A DNA stretch of 64,000 nt from Eledone cirrhosa (GCA_964016885.1 OZ024751.1:34534001-34598000); one strand, 5' to 3'. Shown: positions 29,457 through 43,793, numbered from the stretch's first letter. Numbers and translations: made by a program. Notes: generated by a model not told the origin, from the letters alone.

Positions 29457-30576
29457 TATATATATATAGATGAATCACTGATTTTTCGTTTTATATCTTA
29501 TATATATATATATATATAAACATATATATATATATGTATATGAGAAGATTGCAAGTGAGTTCAAAACCCATGGAGGTCAACAGTATTTTTTAAAGTCTCT
29601 ACAAAATACAACACCAGTCAAGTAATTGCGTTGATTTAATGGACTTCCTCCCACCTCCAAATATTCTTAATTAGAAACCATCGTAGTGGAATGGATAATC
29701 AGGGGAGTGTTGGAGAAAGTTGTTTGTGTTATATGTTCCTGCAATAATGGAAGTCAATGTAGCTGTCAACAGAATTGAGTCCATTACGATGAAACCTCAG
29801 GAGTATACTCAGGATTCCGTGTTAACAGAGCCAGGGGGGACTACACAGGGAGAAAATCGATTAAATCAGCTCCAGAACTCATAGGATCTTCAGGTAAGTG
29901 CCAGAGAGATAGTAGAAATAAGGGAAACCTCGGAGGGAATGGGGTGGATATGTGGAGAGGGTGGTGTTTCGGAGAGATGTGAACAGTAATTGAGAGGATA
30001 TGGAGGGAGGAGAGAAAGAAAACAGAAAGAAAAGAACAGAAATATAATGAACATTTCAAGTGGGGGTGATGAACAGAGGAAAGGTGAGAATAGAGATGAG
30101 GTGGGGTGGGGCGGTGTAGAGAGGTGAGTATAGAGATGGTGTGGGGTGAGGCGGGGTAGAGAGGAAAGTGAGGAGAAGAAAAAAGTAAAAGAAAAGAAAA
30201 AGAAAAAAAGATAAGGAGAAAGGGAAAAAATGAAATGGGTAGGGAGGGGGGAGGGGTGGAATATTGTAGAATAAAGGTTTGAAGGGCACCAACAGAGCTG
30301 TGAATAGAATGGTCTGTTGAGGGAGTTGCTATTGAATTGAAGATGATGATGATGATGATGGTATATATGGTGGTGATGATGATGATGGTGGTATATATGG
30401 TGATGATGATGATGATGGTATATATGGTGATGACGATGGTATACATGGTGATGGTGATGATGAGGTCTCCCTTACACCTCCCGCACGCAGTCTAGTATTG
30501 CCTGCGTTAAGTGACCGAGTTTCTGCGCATGCGCGTTCGCACGGTTGTCCTTCCTGTTCCTATAACCATACACATC

Positions 30577-30616
30577 CCGAGCTGAAGATCCGCTAAGGTG
30601 AAATAATTGTTCTCGG
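30577..30616 (+). ncRNA. Minimal hammerhead ribozyme
   Basis: ccgag CTGAAGA tcc-gctaa-ggt GAAA taattg TT ctcgg; extra helix accatac/gtatggt. Confidence 0.72.
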
Positions 30617-30644
30617 TATGGTGAACTCACTGTTGTGTAACCAC

Positions 30645-30696
<52 letters not shown>

Positions 30697-30768
30697 AAAG
30701 TTATATTTAAATTGTTGGGTTAACAAAGGTATGTCGTATCTATTTATTTATAAGACTGTTTATATTGT

Positions 30769-30832
30769 ATTTTGTCTGAAGAAGGCATAACATATTGTTA
30801 ATATGATATCCTTGAAATATATATAATGAAAT
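30769..30832 (+). ncRNA. AT-rich hammerhead ribozyme (family shared with 47.1-47.6 kb)
   Basis: attttgt CTGAAGA agg...cctt GAAA tatata TA atgaaat. Confidence 0.6.
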
Positions 30833-30870
30833 AAATATGGTTTTATAAATATAGTTTCCATTTATTTAAT

Positions 30871-30951
<81 letters not shown>

Positions 30952-31987
30952 CCACACATGTCTAAATATATATACATATATAAATGTATATATATACATA
31001 TATAAATATATATATATATATATATACATATATATATGTATAAATATATATATACATATACATATATATGTATAAATATATATATATATATACATATATA
31101 TGTATAAATATATATATATATATATACATATATATGTATAAATATATATATATATGTATAAATATATATATATGTATAAATATATATATATGTATAAATA
31201 TATATATATATAAATGTATAAATGTATAAATATATAAATGTATAAATATATAAATGTATAAATATAACACACACACGTAACAATTGGAGTAGAGTAAGAT
31301 TGTGAAAGAAGATTAGAAGCTCCATGGACCAATTATTGATGCATGAATTGATAGTGGCGTGTTGCATGGAACAACATAGAAGTGTGGAAATGTCCATGTA
31401 TTGATTATTCCACGTATGACATGCTTCCTTATATTCGTATAAGAGAGTTCTTAGAAATGGTAAGTATAGCAGAGTGTATAATAGACTTGATATCAACGAA
31501 TGTGAATAAAAGAAGCTAAAATTGGATTTTATCTTGGTGAAGAGTTCTTGTTTATGAATTCAGCAGAAGGATTTTACCCTTTGAGATATCAATGATACAT
31601 TAAACACTGCAAGGAAGTATCGTAAGATGTGAGTGCCTTACTAATACTAAATATGTGGATCACAAACTTGATAAATTCTTATGTTCAGCCTTGCTTGAGA
31701 AAAACAAACCTCATGTTCATATAGAAGATCATCTTGAAGAGGGAGGATGAGAATCTTTGATAATAGCAGAAAGTAGGTTTACTACACAACAGCGTTGTTC
31801 ATTTACCAATCACTTGAACCTGTTAGGTAAAACTGAATATCATACCAAATGATACCTTTAAGGTAAAGGGAAGATGGGAATTTAAACATCAGCGGTTGAA
31901 GATTTGGTTTCTTAATTTGACGACGAAAATGTTAAAACTAGATACCGTGAGTGTATATATATATATATAGATAGATAGATAGATAGG

Positions 31988-32057
<70 letters not shown>

Positions 32058-32058
<1 letters not shown>

Positions 32059-35000
32059 CTTTCTTTTTATTTGCCACCAGGGCATCAAAAAGCGGGACAA
32101 GTACAATGAGGGAGTTTACATGAAAAGGCGTCCTCAATAAGGAGGAACAATAACAAAGTATAAAAATAAAATAAAATATAACAAAATAAATTTTATAACA
32201 AAATCCTCAATAGGGAGGAGTCGCCTTGGGGGATTGCATACACCCCCGAAAAAAGTGTGCAACCCTTCTCCTCAGGAGCACAGAGAGGGGGTGCTCCCTT
32301 GATCTTTCATCTTCCTCACCTATAGTCTGATGTAGAGTGAAGGCCCATTCACACGGGCCATTCTCGCCACTTTCACCCATCTTTCATAAAAACGGCTGGG
32401 GTGCAGCACCTCTCTCTCCATCCTGATCCTTCTTCCGAAATGATATCGGAAGAAACGGATCAGTTGTTGGCCAGAGAGAAAGGTGTCTGACCTCAGTCCT
32501 TTCAGACGCGTCCACCATACAACCTCTTTCGCCATGGCTATTACGCACAGAAACACCGCCTCTCCTTCGTTTTTGAAGAGGGGAGCCGGCTTGGTCGTTA
32601 CAATAGACTCGGTGGTCAACCGGATCGGTCCCACCCTTGACAGCAGTTGTTCGACATAGCCCCACAGATGTACCAATGCGTGTGCAACGGTTACCTCGTC
32701 GCACACGCATCTGGGACAGATCTTTTTCGAGGGGTCCCTACCCGGGCGCCCGTGTCTGTAGAGCCTTTCTCGAACGGGCAGAGCTCCTCGGTAGCACTGC
32801 CAGGCCAGGGACCTCTGGAAGTTATCCATGGGTCCCGGGCTGAATGTCCTACCGAACAGGTTGGCCAGTTCGTCTTCCTCCATGCCTAGGGCTTCTCCGA
32901 GGGCGTCGTCGCACCTGCAAACCACCAGCCCTCTATAGAATGACGAGGTGGATTCTCCACTGACAGCCGGGTCCGCCTGCCAGAGAGCCGTGAGCGCCTG
33001 GGAACACTCGGTGTGCCAGGCGCCCAATTTTCTCGGTCTTTGCTTGACCCAGGATTGCAGCTCGGTGAGTGAGACGAGTCTGGGAAAGGCTCGACTCACA
33101 AACGGGACCCACACCGGTTGACCGGTGAGGAATACCTGGAGGTGCCGTAGCCTTAATGCGTGTTTACGTATCATTAGCCACGGCATTCCCAGCCCTCCTT
33201 TCGAAGGGTGTTGACAGCAGATGGATCTCCTCACCATAGGAGCCCGCTTCTTCCAAAGCAATTGGAAGAGTGCGCGCTCCATTTTGGCGAGCGTTTCCCT
33301 TGGGCAAGGCACAACGGTCAGGCGGTAGTAGATGGCGGACGCTATATAAGTGTTCGCCACCTCCGCCCGACCTTTCAGGGACAGTTTGCACTCGGCCCAC
33401 TTCTGGGTCAGTGCAAACACCCTGTTCGTTACCTCACCCCAGTTCTTCACCACCTGGAGGTCTGGTCCGAACCAGACCCCGAGCAACTTCACCGGGCCCT
33501 CCATCCAGCGCACGACGACGCCATCGGGGGGCATCGATCTTCCCCTCCACGTGCCGAGTTGCAGACCGATCGAGTTGTCCCGGTTCAGCTTAGCCCCTGT
33601 AAACCTTTCGTACTCCTCCAGTAAGGTGCCGACCGCCTCGATTTCCGAGGCCGTCGACATCATTACTGTTACATCATAGGCGTAGGCCGACACCGCTTTC
33701 TGCAATCCCGGTTCCAACGGGATGCCCTGCAACAACTCCAACTTCCGCAGCAGTGGCTCTAGAGTCATTACATACAGAAGGGAGGAGAGAGGGCACCCTT
33801 GTCGGATGGACCGCGCGATTTCGAACGGCTCCGAGATGTATCCGTTCACCTTGACCCTAGAGCAGATGCGGCTGCTGTGCATGGCATTGATCCAGCCCCT
33901 GAAAACAGGTCCGAAGCCTGCCGCCGCTAGCACCGCATCCAAGTAACCATGGTCGACCCTATCGAACGCCTTAGATTGATCCAAGTTGATCAGGACCCCA
34001 CCAAAGCCGGGTTCGTTTCCAACCCTCTCTATGATGTATCGCATGAGGTGGAGGTTGTCGTGGATGGACCTGGACGAGATAGCACATGTCTGCGCATCTT
34101 CCACCGGGTTGCCCATGACAAGCGCCAACCTTTTTGCTAGCACCTTGGCCAAAATCTGTAAACTCTGTATTTAGCAGAGTTATGGGCCTGAAATTATTTA
34201 TATCGTCCCCCTTGTTCTCGTCCTTCCTCACTAGCGTGACTACGCCCTTGGTCACAGCACAGGGAATTCTCCCGTTCTGTTGCCAGTTGCAGTAGACCGC
34301 CTCGAGGAGATCGGGGAACAAGTCCGGCATAGCTAGATATAGTTCGTATGGAAGACCATCGAGACCCGGGGATTTGCGTTTGCCGCATTGGCTCAGCACG
34401 TCCTCTATCTCAGCGGCTGAAATCGGCTCCTCGCAGGACTTTGCCTCCCTGTCCGAGAGACGCGGCAGGCCGTCGAGGTATGGACTGAAGTCCACTTCAC
34501 CAATCGGCTCCCCGCCCCTTCCGAACAATCTGGCAAAGTGCTTTTGAAAAGCCTCGCACATCTGCTTAGGTTCAAGGATCACCCGTCCATCCTGGTCTCG
34601 CAAAGACCGGATAGTGGATTTACTCCCTCTTTTGGATCTGTCACGCGGGCCCAGCAAACAGCTTTGGTCCCCTCGTTTCCCAGAGCACGTATTTTGCTTC
34701 GGACGATGCAGCCTTCGTGTTTCGCATCGAAGAACTGGCCCAGGGCCATTCTCGACGCTAGCACTCTGGCCACGTCGCCGCTTCTAATTGCCTTTTCTAC
34801 ACTATCCTTCCTATTTCTATTTGAGGCTAACTCCTTACTAAATTATATAGAGACTACTCTAATCTTTCTTTTGAGAGATCGCCACCACATGCTGTTGACG
34901 ATGTCGCCCGTCAACCGCTCCTTAACTAAAGTGCTGATCCGGTCCCTGTAAGCCTTACTTGCCGGTAAGGACAAGTTGAGCTTCCAGTAACCGGGTCCCT

Positions 35001-35955
35001 GTCTATGCGTTCTGTCAAGGTTGACCATGTAGGTCACTAACTTGTGGTCTGAATAGCCAACCATGCGCATTTTTGGACAACTTAAAAAGTCCTTATCCTT
35101 ATTTCTAACTAAGAACCTATCTAGGTACGACCTAGATGATCCGCTGCGGTTTGCGCAAGTCCAGGTTGGCGCAGTCGGAAAATCTAGTCGATATCTATCG
35201 GCCAGGTCAAATCGACCGATTAACCCTTTGAGGCTATTACACCCCTCTCTAACGGGACAGGCCCCTACGTAGTCCCAGCGTGCATCTAGGATACCATTCT
35301 AGTCCCCCACTAATAGACAAAAGCGGGACGTCCCTAGAAAAGTCTCCAGACGCTGGAAGAAGTCCGGCCGCATTGACCAGAAAGGGCCGTAGACGGCTAC
35401 CAACCTAAATGCTCCGCCTTCACCACTGCCAAGGTCCAGAACCACTAGTCGACCCTCCGTTCCAAATGTGCCGTCTGTGTTGCGAGACCCAGATGTTTTT
35501 GCAGCAGAACGACAACCCCTCCCTCACCTCCGGGCTGACAGAGAGACGCGTGCTTCTCAAAGTCATCAAAGGTGGCGGCCAGCTGTTGCACGTTGCTGAT
35601 CCGGGCCTCGCAAATAAGCATCACATCTATACGTTGTGACCTGAGGTCATTTAGAAGCATTGCTTGCTTCCAAGTTGAGCCCAGGCCACGCGCATTTAGA
35701 CAGCCTACTCTTAGCATAACCATGTTGGTGGTGAAGAGAAAAGGCACTTACCTCTCTGCGTCCCGGGTATCGGGCTGCACAATTTCCATGAGGGTGGGGG
35801 ATGGGTTGTTGGGTGGGGTGGTGGTTTGTGGAAGTGTAGGGGCATCAGTGTGTTGTGTGGTTGGGGTGTTTGGAGTTGTGTGGGTGTTTGGGGAGGGAGT
35901 GGGGTAGTTTTTTAGGAGGACGCGGTTAATGGGCCCGACGCAGGGGGGGGGGCAC
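32058..35955 (-). mobile_element. 5'-truncated, frameshifted Tx1/L1-group LINE (end of ORF1 plus APE-RT ORF2) in (GATA)n
   Basis: APE motifs VGCLNARGL, DVMLICE, YSDHKLV, GPGYWKLN. RT motifs KSPGLDGL, NFRPITLLN, LDQSKAFDRVDH, IRQGCPLS, AYAYDV, KLLGVWF. AATAAA at the 3' end, TATCTATCT on both flanks. Confidence 0.92.
32320..34152 (-). pseudogene. Largest ORF2 fragment (RT and C-terminal domain) of the Tx1-like LINE
   Basis: 610-aa open frame with RT motifs; catalytic YADD appears as YAYD; separated from upstream ORF2 parts by frameshifts. Confidence 0.88.
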
Positions 35956-36006
35956 AGATAGATAGAGAGAGAGAGAGAAAGAGAGAGAGAGATAGAGAGA
36001 GAGAGA

Positions 36007-36101
<95 letters not shown>

Positions 36102-36687
36102 AGAAAGAGAGACTGACCTTGTGTTGGTCATTTTGAATTTTGTCAAGCGCATCAGCTTCTCTGAGGAGAAAGGGGAAGATTGTGAAAGGTGTGTCGAATG
36201 ATGAAAAGTATGTTAAGATACAAAGGGAAGGAAATACTGTGAAAGACGAAGGAAGAAATTAATGAGAATTGGCAGATTTGATATATATGGCAAAATGATA
36301 TTTAAAACTGATACTCTACATTTGGATATGATATATGTATGAATAATAAACGGGTACTAGTGGTCTGGTCCTTGTGTATTACTTGTCAAGCAAGTCTACT
36401 ATTGTGCCAGTTTGATCACTACGTAGTGAGTAGAATTTCGCTATATAGAAATATCTGAAGGCCGTCAGCTCTAGGTTTTCGCGAGTCCAATTGACTGAGG
36501 TAGGCTCTAGGTTTTACTGGCTTCAGCTATGTAGCCACGGCCATGCTGTGGCCCTATTAGATTTAGTAGACTGTATCGGCACTTCTACTATATTTATAAG
36601 GTTTATTAGGCATTTTATCGATAACCGAATTTAGGAGACAGACCAAACAGGATTCCATTCATATGCCTCCTCATATAAGCCTATATA

Positions 36688-36764
36688 CAGGGTGTCCCAA
36701 ATAATTGTATACACACTTTTATGAGAATGCTGTTGAAGTATGTATGCACTTTTGGGACACCCTG
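36688..36764. mobile_element. 77-bp Tc1/mariner-type MITE
   Basis: TIRs CAGGGTGTCCCAAA / TTTGGGACACCCTG, preceded by TA. Confidence 0.8.
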
Positions 36765-36901
36765 TGTAGGTATATATATATATATATAATGTTCAATCAA
36801 GGAAGGTCGGCTAGAGAAAGTATGGCGACAATGTGGCAGCATGGCTTCAATCAGTCGACTGAAACAGTTGTGTTTAAGAGTAAAATGTGCACAAAAACAC
36901 A

Positions 36902-36951
<50 letters not shown>

Positions 36952-36972
36952 GATACCTACATACATATACAT

Positions 36973-37021
<49 letters not shown>

Positions 37022-37750
37022 AATATTTCATTCAGTGATAATAGTTTCAGCTTTCTACGTAAACATTATCTTCATCAAAACAATCTCTCACATTCCACGA
37101 GACAGTTCGAAAACAAGAAGTATTATAAATAAAAAGAGATGATAATTGTGTAGGTCAGTTCAACAAACGGACAATTACAATGTCAATAAATGTATAGATA
37201 TCATCTAAATACATTTAAAAAAATCTTTATATGAGACCTTTTGGTCAATAAAGTAAATCATTACAAAAAATTATCACCGAAAGAACATTGTCCATTGTTA
37301 AATGGAAACAACTAAGAAAGTTCCTAGAAAAAAATCAGTATGGTTTTAAATACATATGGATTCTCGGGAAATTGAAAGTTAACAAATGTGTGTAGAATCT
37401 TTTTCGTTGCTATTTTTGTTTGTTTTTTGGGGGTTTTTTTGTCACTAAATTATTAATAGAAATTGGTAGAAGACCCGAAAAGCCAAATGATTCGAACGAT
37501 GGACTTTTTGTGAAGCTACTAAACTTTGGATTCCTGAAAATTTTCCATTTTCTTTTTCCAGCAAAGAAAGGAAATTGCAAATCTTCTGCTACAACCTTTG
37601 TAATTGCAACTTAGCATCACAGACGAAATTTTCTATGGATTTATATTGGAGTCAATTTCCCGTTGTTAAGTCAGTAGGCCTTGAAATGGTGTTCAGAAAT
37701 GCAAGGACAAACACACACATATATACAGACAAACACACCTACGTACACAT

Positions 37751-37917
<167 letters not shown>

Positions 37918-38030
37918 ACACACACAGACAAATACATATACAAATGCATTCGTATATATACATATATATATATTATAATTTACACAAATACATGCATATA
38001 TAGCTGTTTATATGTACATATATATATATA

Positions 38031-38107
38031 CAGATTGTTCCAAAAAATGTATATAGACTTCAACAGCATTCTAATAATAGCGTGTATACGATTTTGGGGA
38101 CACCCTG
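38031..38107. mobile_element. Second 77-bp MITE copy, opposite orientation
   Basis: TA-CAGATTGTTCCAAAA..TTTTGGGGACACCCTG-TA; internal cttcaacagcattct is the reverse complement of the first copy. Confidence 0.75.
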
Positions 38108-38179
38108 TATTTCCATACATAGCTAAGCGTATGTGTGTGTGTACACGTACAAATAAATATATATAGACGGAAAATATAT

Positions 38180-38450
38180 AGATATATAGGTAGATCTAGA
38201 TAGATAGATAAATAGATATGTAGGTAGAGCTATATATATATATATATAGGTAGATATATAGGTAGAGCTAGATAGATAGATAAATAGATATGTAGGTAGA
38301 GCTATATATATATATATAGGTAGAGCTAGATAGATAAATAGATATATAGGTAGAGCTAGATAGATATATAGGTAGAGCCAGATAGATAGGTAGAGCTAGA
38401 TAGATAGATATATAGGTAGAGCCAGATATATAGATAAATAGATATACGCC
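38180..38450. repeat. GATA-derived minisatellite (ataggtagagctagatagat variants)
   Basis: Recurring taggtagagc motif. Confidence 0.8.
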
Positions 38451-38637
38451 AATCTAGATAAATATCTATTTCTGACTGAGTATTCATGTAGAAATCTTCC
38501 AATGTATTCTATACGGAGGAAATAAAACATTACTAGCAAGAAGTATTTTACATCCACTCATTCTAGTACAATTTTAATGTTCCAGCCTTACGAGCCTATC
38601 ATGTCAGCTAGAATTACAGCCTTCACACCTACACACA

Positions 38638-38706
<69 letters not shown>

Positions 38707-39922
38707 AGGCGTATGTAAGAGGCTTATATATATATAAGTACATGAGTATATATGAATAGCTATATAAATATATACACGCACACGAAACAAAGAATTCCGA
38801 CATACACGTGTATACATGTGTATATACACGCCCAGAAACGGAATACTCGCCTCCACACCCCAGCACCCTTAAAATATTTTTTTCCAACTTTTGAAACCCC
38901 GTTTTCTAACATTCTCTCTCTCGCCTATATATATTGGGTCGTCAAGTATGAAATTTGTAGAAATTTATTTTTTCTACAAAGTTATATATACATACCTGTG
39001 TGTGTATATATATATATATGTAAACATATATGTAATTTTGTAAACATATTTTTTTTGACGTTATATATTTTTTCTTCCTTGAATTTTTTCTTTCTTCTCT
39101 CTTTCTATGCTCGTATTAACTCTATTAATTACTTTTTCCTATTACAATATATAGACACAAACCCGGACCCTAATTAATTCTTCTAAGTTCATAATTCATT
39201 TAACCTTATCTTCATTCACCTTATCTTCATTCACCTTATCTTCTTAATATATTTTATTTTAATAATACATTTTAATAAATTCCTTTTCGCACATCTTATT
39301 AAACCCTTCAATATATAAACTTTAAATAAATAGTATTCTTAATTCCTTTTTCTTTAATCATAAACATCACCACCTCATTAACTTTTAATTTCTTAACATT
39401 TTTTTAAAATTATGTATTATCTTAACAACGGTTTTTTATTATTTCTCTCTATGAGACAGTGTTTCTCAGTATTAAAGGTTATCTCTTTCTCTCACTCATT
39501 TTCTCCTCTCTCTCATCCTTCCTTCTTATACTCCTCCTCCGTCATCCTTTCTTATTATTATTTTTTTTTCTTCTATTTATATTTTTTCTTCCTCTTCCTT
39601 ACCTTTTCTTTCCCCCTTCCTTTCCTTTTTTCCAATGTCATATATGCCTCTAATTTTATTTTTCGTATGTTGATTTGACACTTCACAGCTCGCAAGTGTT
39701 TTTTAAGCTTCATATCATGTCTCCCTATTTTATCTGATGAGAACGCAAATATCATCCCATGATGATATTTGTTCTTGAAATGCGCATAATAAAATACATG
39801 GAACTCTTTTAACCATCTTTTGATTTTATATTATATATATATATATTAAGTGAGCAGGTTTGAAATTAGAAAATAGAATAGCTTTCAGCGTATTTTTGAC
39901 TAAAGGAAAATACGGTGAAAGC

Positions 39923-39959
<37 letters not shown>

Positions 39960-40333
39960 TATGTGTGTATTTGTGTAGTTGTGCATGGTGTTTGTTAGTT
40001 ATTTCACGAGGTCTGTATAATCAAAGCCGAAAATATAAGACGAAAAATTCCGCCGAAGCAAAAATAAAAACGGTATCTCGGTTTACCATATATTTAAATG
40101 ATTCCACTTTAAATATCTCTTGCCAAAAGTTGGAGAAAATCTTCCACTTGATCTCCACAGATATGTTGAGATGGCGATAACCTAGCTATATAGAACTCTG
40201 CCTGTTGGTGATGGAAAGATTTTTTTAATTATATGGATAGCCTCCACACACACACGCATATATATATATATACATATATATACATTAACACACACACACA
40301 CATATATATATATATGTGTGTGTGTGTGTTAAT

Positions 40334-40393
<60 letters not shown>

Positions 40394-40407
40394 GTGTGCG
40401 TGTGTTA

Positions 40408-40457
<50 letters not shown>

Positions 40458-40462
40458 TAATG

Positions 40463-40531
<69 letters not shown>

Positions 40532-40536
40532 TAATG

Positions 40537-40571
<35 letters not shown>

Positions 40572-40576
40572 TAATG

Positions 40577-40640
<64 letters not shown>

Positions 40641-40643
<3 letters not shown>

Positions 40644-40778
40644 CGAAGGAGTTGTGGTAAGGAACCAGATGGACCATAACGTACCAGAGTACTCAATACT
40701 TAGGGTAGTAGAGTGGGTAATAGGAGAAAGTATAACCCCGACGGCAGAGCTCGAAACGGCTGAGCTCTGCCGTCGGGT

Positions 40779-40829
<51 letters not shown>

Positions 40830-40971
40830 AAGTGTGACCCGACGGCAGAGCTTAGCCGTTTCGAGCTCTGCCGTCGGGGTTATACTTTCTCCTATTACCC
40901 ACTCTACTACCCTAAGTATTGAGTACTCTGGTGCGTTATGGTCCATCTGGTTCCTTACCACAACTCCTTCG

Positions 40972-40974
<3 letters not shown>
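40641..40974. repeat. 142-bp inverted repeat around a (TA)n spacer; each arm ends in a GC-rich hairpin
   Basis: 40641-40782 is the reverse complement of 40833-40974 (2 mismatches). Confidence 0.92.
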
Positions 40975-41044
<70 letters not shown>

Positions 41045-41046
<2 letters not shown>

Positions 41047-41657
41047 GGTGGCTGCCAACTCGATTTCGAGTACGGCCACTACTTTATATCCATGTAGGAG
41101 AACCCCTACCGATGCGCTGAACGAGTGTGACTTTTTAGTCCACCCAGCGACTTGAAAACTCTGGTACAAACATTACACTTGTGACAATTACTGACACATA
41201 GTGCTGGGCCCATGGTACCATGTGACGACAAGTGCAGAGAGATCTCCAGATATAAAGCAATGCCTGTGCCGTGAAGCTTTTATAGTGAGCAAAGGCACTG
41301 CACAAAGCCAGTCCCACTCTCTTAACCAAGATGATATTTACCAAAAAGAAGAACAAGTCAACATCATTGGATATGATCAGGGTTGCAGGTGTTATATCAG
41401 AGTTTTCCTTCTCCTAGAATTCTGACTTGACAAAGGCTAAGGGGTCATCTCTCCCGGTGATTTTGGATGGCCATTGACTCTTTAGAGCTCCTTTGCCTTT
41501 TGACAGGTTTTGTTTTTAGTCCTGCAGGATGTCCAAAGTCACCCTCCTCACCAAGAAACCTTGGTGGGGTTGCCAGTTTAGTCGCCAACGACCCGACCAT
41601 GAGACAGGTTGTACTGGGATACATGTTACCAGTAGCACCAACTGGTGACCTGACATA
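41045..41657 (+). mobile_element. Same repeat, copy 2, between (TA)n tracts
   Basis: 41045-41423 is the reverse complement of 28943-29302; 41431-41603 is a direct match to 28772-28944. Confidence 0.75.
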
Positions 41658-41663
41658 ATATGT

Positions 41664-41728
<65 letters not shown>

Positions 41729-41786
41729 CATATATATATACATATATATATATATATACATACATAATACATATATATATACGTAT

Positions 41787-41834
<48 letters not shown>

Positions 41835-41835
41835 T

Positions 41836-41990
41836 GGCTTAGAGCGTCGAGCTTAAAATCGTGAGGTTGTGAGTTCGATTCTCGGGACGGGCTTTTTTTC
41901 TTGAGCAAGAAACTTTATTCCACGTTGCTCCAGTTCACTTAGCTGTAAACATGAGTGAATGGCATGGGTGGACTGGAGACCGGTATACAT
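41836..41990 (+). mobile_element. Different tRNA-derived SINE
   Basis: GGCTTAGAGCGTCG..GAGTTCGATTC head followed by TTGAGCAAG..TTGCTCCAGTTCACTTAGCTG. Confidence 0.6.
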
Positions 41991-42170
41991 GGACGACTGC
42001 TGGTCTTCCATAAACAAACTCTCCTGGACTAGTAACTCAGAGGGGAAATTTTTAGGTACAAATATCATGGTTATTCTTGAAGGAAGGGCTCTTTACCCTA
42101 TATATATATATATTTCGTTTCTGAATTTGTTTAGCAAGATTCTTTATCTGAAAACGTGTGTTGAAACCGA

Positions 42171-42562
42171 TATTTTTATACTTTGGGAGGGTCATGTTGC
42201 CAATAAGAAACACACGCACCAGTTGCTTTCACTTCAATTTATTATAATAAATTTATAAATTTAGGAATTTATAAATTTCCGGTTGGTTGGTTGGTTCCAC
42301 AACCAGATGGTTGTTTATATATTGTCAAAGTTCTTTCGTCACACATTGTGGGACCTCTTTAGTGACTGGGGATTATTTTCTTTGTTTTTGTGCCTCTCCT
42401 TTGTTCTGTCCTACGCCATCTTGTTTTTGTGTGTGTGACAACCAACCAACCAACCAACTGGAAATTTATAAATTCCTAAATTTATAAATTTACTATAATA
42501 AATTGAAGTGAAAGCAACTGGTGCGTGTGTTTCTTATTGGCAACATGACCCTCCCTAAGTAT

Positions 42563-42570
<8 letters not shown>
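42171..42570. mobile_element. Fold-back element (about 125-bp arms) with a degenerate minus-strand hammerhead in the spacer
   Basis: 42171-42296 is approximately the reverse complement of 42446-42570; minus 42366-42324 reads gtca CTAAAGA ggtc..gac GAAAG aa CTT tgac. Confidence 0.75.
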
Positions 42571-42645
<75 letters not shown>

Positions 42646-42970
42646 AACGTTATATACGTGTGTACTGCACACAGCGGCACAGACATATGTACAAATAAAA
42701 GCATCTCCCTCCCCCGACACGACATTATATATCTCATAACTGTTCTCCAATACAAAATTAAATTACATATCTTCTGTAAGATACATCAACTTCACCTGAA
42801 TTAAAGGTACCATCCATCAACTTCTTTACCTCCAGCATGTACTTTAGGAAAATTCCTTGATAAATAACAGTTCAAATGACGTTTCATACCCCCCCCCCCT
42901 ACAAACACAATTACTCACATATATACGCGTATAAATATACATGCACACATATATAATATATATACATATA

Positions 42971-43061
<91 letters not shown>

Positions 43062-43376
43062 TATATACACACATACATATACACACAGTCAGTGATGTTC
43101 TGTTGGTATATTAATGTTGGTGTCTGAGGTTGGTAGTTTTCCATGTAAAGACGCAGATGATAAGCTTTGGTCATTTCGCTCCTTCCTACAACCTCTCCTC
43201 TCTCTCCCTCTCCCTCCCTCCCTCTCTGTCCCTCTCCTCTCCCTCCTCTCTCCCTCTCTTTCTCTGATAATAAAATAAAAGCACAGTTGTTGATATCAGG
43301 TTTCTACAAAGTGGTGCTGCCATATATGTGCATATATATATATACATACACACACATATATATATATATGTGTGTG

Positions 43377-43426
<50 letters not shown>

Positions 43427-43637
43427 CTAGTATTTGCCTTCTCCTTCATAAAATGACCGTAGGTGATAGACGTGCTGTTTGATAATGTGTGTTAGTTAAA
43501 AGTTATATGGTGAACTTGAAGAGATCTGGCTTGAGGCATTCAACATTAAACTATGTTACACCAGATAACAGTAATGCCAACCTGTGAAAACCTTGCTTTT
43601 TCAGCCATACATATAATCTACACACATGCAAGCCTAT

Positions 43638-43677
<40 letters not shown>

Positions 43678-43762
43678 GTTATATGTATACACATATATAT
43701 ATACATATCCACCTATCTATCACTCTATACCTTTCTATATATCCATCCCTCAATCTCTCTCT

Positions 43763-43793
<31 letters not shown>

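Noticed and set aside
36428-36471. Minus-strand hammerhead-like gag CTGACGG..GAAA ttc TA ctc
   Set aside because: Core mismatch, unpaired stem III and weak stem II; could be chance
40730-40782. Hammerhead in the GC hairpin (GAAAC ggc..gcc GTC)
   Set aside because: The core reads CCGACGG, there is no proper stem II, and the pairing is explained by the palindrome itself
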